Below are positions 50,489 through 61,390 of a stretch of DNA of 64,000 nucleotides, piece by piece. Where the stretch lies: the NCBI GenBank assembly GCA_951406725.2, contig OX597814.1:148304001-148368000 (forward strand), written 5' to 3'. The notes under the pieces were generated by a model. The model was not told the origin of the DNA. It saw nothing but the letters and a program-made list of their open reading frames with translations, and did not search any database. The position numbers and the translations under genes are program-made. Positions within the stretch are counted from its first letter, which is position 1, and each line of letters opens with the position of its first letter. The DNA comes from Octopus vulgaris. Lineage: Eukaryota.

Positions 50489-50548
<60 letters not shown>

Positions 50549-50549
<1 letters not shown>

Positions 50550-50840
50550 TACTAAGTAATTAAGGGTTTAGCAACGATTTGCCTCACCACACACCGGATT
50601 TAGAAATAGCAGTCAAAAGAGTTTTGGCTATTCTTTCTACTTAAAAGTAGAAAGAATAGCCAAAACTATTTTGACTGCTATTTCTAAATCCGGTGTGTGG
50701 TGAGGCAAATCGTTGCTAAACCCTTAATTACTTAGTATTACTTAAACCTTCCTTGAATGGGGCTTTTACATGCCGAAATCTACTTGGTGAGATTAATGAT
50801 TATTCCAAATTAATTAATTTCACCCTATATTACTATTGAC

Positions 50841-50845
<5 letters not shown>
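50549..50845. mobile_element. Fold-back element, family B-related, in (TA)n
   Basis: ~93-bp near-perfect arms (50549-50738) centred on CTACTTAAAAGTAG, with a ~105-bp unpaired tail on the right and (TA)n on both sides. Confidence 0.75.
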
Positions 50846-50879
<34 letters not shown>

Positions 50880-51107
50880 TTATATATATGGTTGCTTAAA
50901 GGATCGTAATTTTCCCGTTGCTTCCATAAAGTTATAAAACATGTATGAAACACTTTGTAAAGTTATTAACGATCCACTATAGTGAGTGGATCAGGTTATA
51001 TCTTCGGTTCTTGTGATTGTTTAAGCTCTTGCTTCTTTCATATTAAACTATTTCGCAGATTCTTTTGAACATTTTCCATCCTGAATTTGATTTAATTATT
51101 TAATTTT

Positions 51108-51363
51108 GGAGATGTACTCGCATAGCAAGTAATTTGATCTGAGATGGTGTGCTGAAACGAAAACAATTGCAGCGTGGAAGGTGTTTATAAGCCATTTAAG
51201 AAACACACAAAAGCCGTTCGATTCACTTCAACATTTAAGTTTAATTTGTCAAAATGCGGATTTTAGCGACGAAAATATTTTGACAAATTAAACTTAAATG
51301 TTGAAGTGAATCGAACGGCTTTTGTGTGTTTCTTAAATGGCTTATAAACACCTTCCACGCTGC
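51108..51363. mobile_element. Fold-back element with a 14-bp TSD
   Basis: TSD AATTATTTAATTTT at 51094-51107 and 51364-51377. Perfect-looking ~90-bp arms (51165-51255 / 51277-51367). Left-hand extra tail at 51108-51164. Confidence 0.78.
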
Positions 51364-51606
51364 AATTATTTAATTTTCTTTTCTAGATAAATCGACCTGC
51401 TTGACATTTATATCCCCATTGCTCAAACTCGTCAATATTTAAAATCACATAAAATTTAAACTTGAATTGTTGTTTACAGTATAGCTAATCTCAGTATGGA
51501 GATACTGAATCGAAAGTAAAATAGCAGATAAGTGAATGCTCAAAATGGAAAGCAAGAAGTAGAACTTTGTCTCTGCAAAGAATAGCATCGGTACAAACTA
51601 AAACAA

Positions 51607-51661
<55 letters not shown>

Positions 51662-51884
51662 AGTAAAAAATGGGTGGAATTAATTAATTGTTAATCAATT
51701 CGACCAAGCAGTATTCGGTATGTAAAAAGACCATTTACGGTATATTTGAAGTATTAATTTATAAAAATATGGTAAAGTAAAAAATTCACTTTACCACACA
51801 CCGAACTTATCAGAATGTTAATCAATTCGACCAAGCAGTATTGGCTTCTGATAACTTCTGATAAGTTCGGTGTGTGGTAAAGTG

Positions 51885-51960
<76 letters not shown>

Positions 51961-52117
51961 ATATTTATATATTTGCCAATGTGAAAATCGATTACGGTGC
52001 AAATGTACAGGCAGCCGCATATCATAGACATGTGCGTATGTATGCATGTTGCCGCGTGTGTATTGTTGGCGATTTTCTTTCTCCGTCTTCCCTTCCTTGG
52101 ACCTTTCCTTTTTCTAT

Positions 52118-52151
52118 GTTTCCGACCAAGAGCTCCACTCGAAACGTTAAC
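52118..52151 (+). ncRNA. Degenerate hammerhead motif in a (TA)n-terminated fragment (~52060-52251)
   Basis: GTTT-CCGACCA-A-GAG-ctcca-CTC-GAAAC-GTT-AAC, with two core mismatches. Confidence 0.4.
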
Positions 52152-52247
52152 TCCTCCTTTCTTTCCTTTCCTGACCGTCCAGTAACACTATACATGTTCC
52201 ACTTCCTCGCGTTGATGTGTTTTCTCTTTGTGTTTTAATGTTTGGAT

Positions 52248-52300
<53 letters not shown>

Positions 52301-52305
<5 letters not shown>

Positions 52306-52593
52306 TAAATTAGAGACAAAACCACTATTATGCAAATCAAACAATGAAAGACTTAAGCCAATACATAAATTTATTTATATTATTTAGATATGTAACAATT
52401 ATTAAAAAATATAATTAAATTAATATAAATTAATATAAATAATATAAATTAATTTATATATTGGCTTAAGTCTTTCATTGTTTGATTTGCATAATAGTGG
52501 TTTTGTCTCTAATTTAATATAATATATCTTACTATAAAATTGGATTCAATCCTAAATTTGATTTTTCCCTGTAAGTTTGGATTTATTCCCTAA

Positions 52594-52602
<9 letters not shown>
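52301..52602. mobile_element. Fold-back element, family A, truncated before the hammerhead
   Basis: Arms TAGAGACAAAACCACTATTATGCAAATCAAACAATGAAAGACTTAAGCCAATA and its reverse complement. The right arm has the full tail. (TA)n on both sides. Confidence 0.8.
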
Positions 52603-52649
<47 letters not shown>

Positions 52650-54402
52650 TGTGAGAGATAGACAGATATGTGATTGTACGTGTGTATGTCTGTGTTTGTG
52701 TATGTGTGAGTCTGTGTGTGAGAGCACCTCTGAAAACAGGATGCGCGAGGACCTGTTTTATTCTAATCCGATATTAATGTTGCAAAAAATACCTATTTTA
52801 ATGAAAAATTCTGCACATTTTCTCGATAGACTTTCTAATAATATTATCACATGAATTCGTCTTTAGCTTTGATGGATATTTCAGTGAGAGACCCGAAATC
52901 ATGACAGTCCTCCACTGAAATTGCACATCATTTCGGTTAATATTTGAAAAGTGGCATTCGGAGCAGCTATATTATTGGAAGGATGAGCTTTCTGAGAATG
53001 AAGTAGGTTTCTATGAACCACGTACTACCTTATACTGCATAATTCATCTATACTGAGTTTAACCGCACTTTCCGGCACGTCAGCGTATCCAGAGGCTTCA
53101 ATTCTAAAACTCTGATATGAGATGGAATTGCTTGACATCTCTTACCCACCATTCCTATGACCCGCGCAGTTGATGAGACCTTAGTTTGCATCTCTCTTTT
53201 AGAACATTTGGTTTGATCGAAGCCCTTCAGAGTAGAACATGCCATGTGTGTGTGAGTTTAACCTTGTTAATTCACCTTCCTACGGATCAATCGGTCCACT
53301 TGTGACGTTGAAGACACGAACTGACCTTGTCTAGTTTTTTGTCAAATGTAATAGTGTATCACTATTCCGTCACATGAAGATCTCGGACGATTCTACATTA
53401 TAATTGTCTATAAGGTTTCAAACACGTAGATGAATTGGGGTGCCCCAATAATGACTAATCTCCTACATTTTTTCCCTTAGACACAGGTGAAATATTCTTG
53501 CAAGTGGCTTCCATTTTTATCAGAACTTGTAGAAATAATCCTAAATCATTTAGAAAGTTAACAATCTCAAAATTATGGTTTACCACATATATGGCAAACT
53601 GAATGTGTTGTGCAGGCGAAAGAATAAAATTCCTATTAATTGGTTTCAAGAGGGTAATATACCGATAATTAAGGATACTCGCGTTCCCCTCATACCTACA
53701 GATATTTATATGTACGTATATATCACTTAAGACAAACATATATTCTACACTTTTTTGTATATGCTTATGTGCCTTGGCTAGTAGAGTTGAGTCAGAACAC
53801 TTGTGCTGAAGGTGCTGATTGAGGCATAAACACAAATTCACGAATTTGGTTTTATCTCCTGTCAAGAAGCCTGTTCTCTTCCACAGTAGCATGCAACGTT
53901 TGAAGAAATTCTTGATTGACGAAATTATCTCCCCTTCTTGTACGGGGACAGTCTCAAATGCCATTTGGTTGCTGTGACACATCCTCTGGAGAGATCAATT
54001 TAACAAAACACGTATTTATGTCGTATGTTTTCTGATATACCTCTATTTTATTATAGTATTCATATACATCTCCTCTGGTCATTTTGAAATATTTCTGTTA
54101 GCATATCTCTGTTAAGTTTATATACATACATACATATGCGTATAAACACGTACATACATATATATTCACGTCATATACACATACATGTGTGTGCGCGTGT
54201 ATATGAAGTGAATATATATGAATGTACGTGTTTATACGCATATGAATGTATGTATGTATATAAACTTAACAGAAATATGCTGAGGGAAATATTTCTAAGT
54301 GACCAGAGGCGATGTATCTGAATACTATAATGAAAACATCAGTCGCCATGATAGATCGTTAGCCACTACACGTATTTTTTCTCTCCTTGTTTCTCTCTTT
54401 GT

Positions 54403-54445
54403 GTCTCTTTCTGTAGAAGAGCGTAGGCTCGAAACGTAAAAGACT
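54403..54445 (+). ncRNA. Hammerhead-like motif with variant core, within a (TA)n-terminated pLTR-like fragment (~54340-54533)
   Basis: TCTTT-CTGTAGA-A-GAGC-gtag-GCTC-GAAAC-GTA-AAAGA. The stems pair, but the core is CUGUAGA instead of CUGANGA. Confidence 0.5.
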
Positions 54446-54529
54446 TTTTCTATTATTGAGCGTTATACTAACACTTCTGTTTGTTTTGTACACCACCTGT
54501 CTCCGTCTTTTGTTTTTTTCGTAAACTCT

Positions 54530-54576
<47 letters not shown>

Positions 54577-55701
54577 GTCCAACCTATGTCATGTTCTTAT
54601 GTTCTTTAATATGAAAAGCTTACCATTGTGTATTTGTCTTGTAGCAGAAAATGTTATTACATTATTTGCAATATCTGTCAACACAATTCAAATCCCATGG
54701 ATGTTGACTTGGCGTTTCATCCTGACAATCCGGACAAAATAATGTATCAGTTTGTTATTGGGTTAGACATTATAGACTTCCCCTTAAAAAAATTTGAACT
54801 TGGAACCATTTTAGAAAATACAATATAGTGGAATCACACCATACCGCAGCATTGTTCCACAATGCCGTGACTGAGTTTTACTCTTGTGGTGAGTAACGCT
54901 TTGCATCTTTCTTCCACCTTCTCATTCACTTGTTCAGTTCTCACTCTCTTCCTCCTGTCCCCTCTCTAGCTATCTGTTTCCCTATCACAAACATAAGTAC
55001 AGACATAAACTCGCACTCCTGTCCACACATTGACACATACTTACACTGGTGTACAGCTTCTCAAACAAAAGCTCACAGTTCAGAATATCAAATCATGTTT
55101 ATATGCATGAAATACTGTCATAGAGTGAAACAAATCGGTAGAATCTGTAACTGATTCTTTGGAGAAGAACTATTTTGATCTTCTGTACAAATTTACTGAT
55201 GTACAGAAGCTAAGTATATCTGTCGGGAAATTTATGTATACCGGAAGATCTTTATCTTCTTAAACGATATATATGTGGTGGGAAATTTGTATACCGTAAT
55301 AGGTAAAAGACATTTGCCTTTTACATCGGCCCAGTTAAGTATGATTTAAATAGATAATTTGTTTTAGTGCAGTGCTAATTTTAGTCTGCGTATTTACAGG
55401 AAGGCAATTTACGCAGGTCTGGGCTATTCATAATTTTTATTTCTTCTTGAAACAGAACCACAAAGAGGTCAGTATCCCAGCAACCGGAGAAATTATGATG
55501 CGGCAGAAGGAGAAGCCATTCATACGTGCCTGTCTATATATGTTTATCTGTCAATCTGTCTGTCTGTCTTTTTCATTCTCAATCATTGTTTTCTCTCCCT
55601 TCCCTTTCTCTCTCACTATATATAGAGAGAGGGAGAGAGAGAAACACATATATATATATGTATATATATGAATCTATATATGTATGCATATATATATATA
55701 A

Positions 55702-55770
<69 letters not shown>

Positions 55771-55798
55771 TATTCATATATATATATATGTGTGTGTG

Positions 55799-55837
<39 letters not shown>

Positions 55838-55923
55838 CTATTCATATACCTATATATATCTTGTGTCTATGTGTATATATATATATATATATATATTTTT
55901 CTTTCTCTCCCTCTTTCTCTATG

Positions 55924-55955
<32 letters not shown>

Positions 55956-55973
55956 AAAGATTGTATGTATGTG

Positions 55974-56023
<50 letters not shown>

Positions 56024-57429
56024 TCCATACATTTATGCACCCACAAACAGGAGTATGCCGATTAATACGGATTCATATATTCGAGTATATGTTACATATA
56101 AGAAATCAATGAAAATCTGATACAGTATAATATCTATTTTATTTTCGTCTTCTTCCTATTCTTGCTAAATATATAACCCTTAATCATTATTTTAGAAAAA
56201 TGATTTCTGCAACATCGTCTGTACTACGTCTGTTTTATCTACACGTATATCCATTTCTTTTTTAATTTTCTCTGTATTTATACACCGCGTGAACTAGAGA
56301 AAGCCTACTATTAGAAGCATTGTTAATTGGGATTTTACTATAACGCCAAATCACAAGTTTGTTATTATGAGTTTTAAATGAGTTTCGGTCTTATAAGTGG
56401 TGAAATTGCCAATGAAAAGAAACATAAGTTACAGGATCAAAAGAAAATTTAGTAATTATTAACAAATAGGAAAATGGAACCAGTACACTGTGAGTCAACA
56501 CTGCGAAATATTATTACGAGTAGGAAGGTTTACAGTGACCTTTATAGAATTACTCTTTTATGATCGATACACCAAGAAACTAGAAACAAATTAGTAGCCT
56601 GCATCGTCATTTTTCTATTTGCATCGATGATTGCAACCGAAAAGCAGTTATTAAAGACAAATGTGCATCAAACCACAGGTATAATACAAACTGAATGGAC
56701 AAAACAAAACCTAACTGAAATATAAGCTTAATATTTTCTATACATTTTGGCTCGTATAGAAGACAATCTAGAATCAATAACGTTAGGAGTGCTTGGGAAA
56801 GTGAAAGAACATCCAACTTCACAACATGCAGATATCATGCCGGTGCAATAGTATTGAAACAGAATTTAGTTTTGGAAACTATTTTAAAATAGTGATTGAT
56901 TATTCATTCTTAACACGTTCCAGCAGATTCGAACATGAATATGCTAATCGTTTCTGTGTTTCGTCATAGGAGAACAACTTCTAATGAGCATTTGTAACAC
57001 TCTCGGGTCATTAGGAGACGCGGTGTTATGACATGATTCTCTCACGTCAGGCAAATGCATCCTGGCATAATTTTGAATACGACACGAGTTTGAAGTTGTT
57101 GTTTAAGATTCAACGGACAGTTTGTTGAACTCTTGTTATGGTCATTACTGCAGGGTAATCAGCTGATCCTCCTGAATAATGCATACAGATATCTGCAAAA
57201 CATAAATTATGTTCAATTGTGCTGGAAGTACTGAGAAAATTACGCAAGACATCGCTTAGTTTCCCGTTATTCACCTTCTATATAATATATTTCAATATCC
57301 CTGGCTATATTTTAATATGCTCTCCTTTATCCGGTGCACCTATCACCCATCACTCCTACTTTATTTGCTGCGTGTTGTTTCATAGATTTTATCACTCACC
57401 TGATTCTGTGTTAAATAACTTTCATTAAA

Positions 57430-58550
57430 CCATTTAGAATTTTGAATGATTTTCATCAGTTGGATAAACATTCCTGACACAGATTTCTTATCATTTTGTA
57501 TTGTGTAAAGAATTTACCTTAAAATTCTTCCTCAGCTCTACCAATTCAACCGCATCTGTATCTGTCAAGCAATAGTCAGATTCTCAAATGGCTTTGATGC
57601 ATCAAGGAAATGTGGCACTGTTGTTCGCAATATCCCTTTGAAATGATAATTCGTACCTCGTTTCAATTAATCACACGAGCCAGGATTTTGGCCAGAGGAT
57701 AAATCCCTCCAAGCCAACCCTCGAGTAGGCACTGACACAATATTGTGCAGTGAGTTTCATTCCGACTGAAAGACAAACGATGATAAAAATAAAACGCGAA
57801 TATTTGTAGGAAACCAAAGAAAAATTTTATGTTTTGTAATTGTGAATTTACTGCAGAATAAATAATACAAAAATATTTTAGCGGATTCTCCTTTTTTGTG
57901 ATATTACCGATATAGAATAGCACTAAAATTTCAATAAATACACTTTAAGAAATATCTATCACATTATGGTCGTTTCTCAATTAATTTTCAATTGATATCA
58001 TTCACTCACCGTGTACAGATACGGTCTACACAAAATATGTGTTATATGTTTTTAAGAGCCAGTTTCTTCCTATTTAAAATAGGAATTGCATAAGTCATCT
58101 GTATACAGTACAGAAGGTAAATGTTATCATCATTTTGATGGAAAGGCTACTCCAGTTTGGTTCGGCTTATTACCTCCCTTTTATTTATTCCAATTATAAG
58201 AGTGACGTCTTTCATTAAAGCTTCCAGACCTGACTCTGCAAACTGACATCAAAGTAGTTTCACTTCTAAGAAATTTCTTGCATGTGTAATAGTCATTTCC
58301 ACAGGAATAAGCCACGATACCGCTCTCAAAATCTGTTCAATTAATCGTGTTGATTTGGTAAAAGCTTAAACTACTGCACATGCGTCCATCAGCTTTGCGC
58401 AAGACTGCACAAAAACAGAATTGCCCGAATGTCAGAGGCGAACATTTGCTGACAATATTTCACTCACTGTCTCTATGTTAAACGTGCGTACATAAATGAT
58501 TCTTCTCTCAGGCGGTTGATCGCCCAATATTGTACCGATCTCCAAATTTG
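57430..58550 (-). pseudogene. Possible decayed hAT transposase C-terminal region
   Basis: Minus-strand FENLTIA*QI and LCQECLSN (~57460-57595) resemble the hAT dimerisation-domain FPNL.IAL.I...M.QERLS motif. The rest is unalignable by eye and the boundaries are rough. Confidence 0.35.
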
Positions 58551-58557
58551 ATGATGA

Positions 58558-58674
<117 letters not shown>

Positions 58675-58719
58675 GACTGTCTCTGTGTTCGACTGTCTCT
58701 CTGTCTTTGTCGCTCTGTC

Positions 58720-58793
<74 letters not shown>

Positions 58794-60639
58794 TGTATGT
58801 ATGTATGTCTATCTAATTATGTATACATGTGTGCCTGTAATATAATATTATATAATAAATGTGTATGTGCGTATATATAATCACACACACACATGTATGT
58901 ATGCATGAGTTTATGTACGTTCTATCAATGATTTAATAATATTACATTGTACCTTTGTTCCAATTTGCTCAATATACATTGCACGGAGCACACCACATAA
59001 CTTCTTTATGCAGACGTTTATTTGTCTTTTAAACCACAACGCGTTTCTATATTTACTGTGTTGATGAAATGTTGATGAGACAGTTAGTTGGCAATAGAGC
59101 TGATTAATGCTCCCATAAGTCAAAATAAAATAGCGTTCTGTTGCTTAGTTTTCAATATTGTTGTATCGGATGGTATTTATTGGTTAACTGTAGCGAGAAT
59201 TAAAAAAATTTACGAAGACAGATCAAACGAACGTTGTGATTAATTATTGACTCTGCTTTTCCAAATGGGTTCTAGATCATTCCAGTCTCTCAACTTGTTT
59301 CTCCTCTGTCTGTGGTTTACATTGTTTTGTGCATGCACTCTTATTTCAAAGGATGTTTTTGTATTTTTATTAATGGTGGAAAAGATTTAGATGCTTACAT
59401 GAATGTACGTATATAATACAGACTGTGATTTACTAGGGTCGTCAGAACGACGGATACAATATTTTGTGTTATGTATTCTGAACCTCATAGCTACGAGTTC
59501 AAATCGATTCGTGAGTGATAAACGTATTAATACAAAATCGTGGGTTGGCTTGAAAGATAAGAACATTAAGGTATTAGTTGTAGATATTTGCATTCGGAGT
59601 TCAAATGACGGCATTGTCTTTATGGGTACTTGTCTGACTACGTCACACTGTTTAAGAAGACCAACTGGAAACTTGCTCCTCTGTAGCGTAATTCCCGCCT
59701 GATGCAAGCAATTGCTAGTTTGAGAATACATAAACAAATATTGATGGGCTTCAAAAACTGTTATGAACACGTATATGAAGCAACGTGTAATAACGACAGA
59801 GACACAGACACACACATACACACTCGTACAGAGACAAACACACAAGAATATACACAATTTTTGTCAGCCACATACACTCTCAAAGGTTTGGTTCGCCTGG
59901 GGCTATAGAAGAAAACGAATGTGCAAGATGCTGCGCAGTAGGATTGCATACGAAACCACGTGGTTGCATATATATACATAAGTAGATGTATAGCAGACAT
60001 AAGCTTAATTAACTTCGTTATTCAAGCTAAGATGATATCTCGGGATGAATACTGCAATTAATTAGTCTATGAACAATGCAACTGTCTTAAGTAGTATACG
60101 TCCATCGCAATTTTAAAATGCATATTGTTTCTGTAGCATATAACACATTTATACATACACACATAAATACGCATGCACAAACACAGACACAGACACACAC
60201 ACATGCAAACACACGCACATATATGTGTGCATGAGTGTATGTATGTTTAAATACTTCGAAACAATGTAAATACTTCTACATAGTGAATATCATTGTAATA
60301 TTTATGGTATTATCCCAATATAAGAAATCGATACATTAGTAATTTCTTGGTCACCAGCCGAACTGGAGTAAAGAAAAATTCTTTGTGGTACATGTCTTAA
60401 ATTTAAGACCCACTGGAATTGACCATTTTCACAGTATTAATGCTTTTATTGAATATAAAATTAAGTTTCTAAATTCAAGTTGCAAACGTATGCCACACTC
60501 CATTAATGAAATTGACGTAAGTGAAACATAGTATTCCTCTGTGATCAAGCCTAAGGGTAGTCATTTATATACCACCGGGTCAAATATTTATATAGATAAA
60601 ATCAAATATCTTATTTATCTTAGCTCTTAGATTTTCTAG

Positions 60640-61390
60640 TGCTGTTGGCATTACTGCCAACGAATCTTCTCCAAACATCCGTATCGATTGCCTTCTTCCT
60701 GGCTTCAATCGGGCTAACCGAAATTACTATCATATTGTCTCAGAAAGTACTGCACTTCGTCTTCCTTGATCTCCAGCACGGTCTTTTCTATTCTACATCA
60801 TCATGATGGTAGCATGTTCCTCCTGAGGCATTTGATGCGCATGGCCAGTAAACCATAATCGCTGCTTAGTCACCATGTACTGCGAACGTCCCATGCCACC
60901 TCTTTACATCATCTCTTTGCTTCACAAACTTCGTTTCACATTTTTCCCAAGATTGAACGTAGGCAGCGTCCAGCAATTGAGAAATATTTTGCTCTGTTCT
61001 TTCAGGTTTAACAGACGTAAATGTTGTTGGTATAAGAATATATGTGTATAGATGTAGTTATCTTATTTTCATAGTAATAATTTTCTTCGGTCTCCGTATT
61101 GGACGAAAGCAGTGGAATACTGATTTTGCTTTACCCATTCTGGTGTTAACTTCAAAACCTGCATCACAGTTTTGAAAATACTGCTTCTGATACCTTTAAT
61201 CTTATTAACGCAGTTCATTGCATCCCAGGATTGATAATTTGTACATAGGCTCCACTAATTGGAATGGCTTCGGCCTTTTCAACACAAATCAGTAGACGTA
61301 CTCTCACTTCTAAACTGTGTGAGCATTCTGTTATTGCCTGCTCTGCATGGGTTAGTAAAGCCAAGTCGACTGCGAAATAAAATCATTCAA
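60640..61390 (-). pseudogene. Highly decayed RTE-like LINE 3' half
   Basis: Minus-strand fragments YFAVDLALL (resembling FADD), RCLRSILG, QRLWFTGHAHQMP and AIDTDVWRRFV resemble RTE ORF C-terminal motifs. Confidence 0.5.

Larger units (their letters stand above)
48354..50492 (+). mobile_element. Penelope-like element (C-terminal GIY-YIG, Neptune-like), 5'-truncated, between (TA)n tracts
   Basis: RT-EN coding remnant followed by a ~1-kb 3' region with tandem repeats, a TATA box and a degenerate hammerhead. (TA)n on both sides (48291-48355 and 50493-50550). Confidence 0.88.

Noticed and set aside
53455-53982. 175-aa non-repetitive minus-strand ORF
   Set aside because: No recognisable domain or motif. 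It may be decayed transposon sequence or chance, and cannot be supported without a search.
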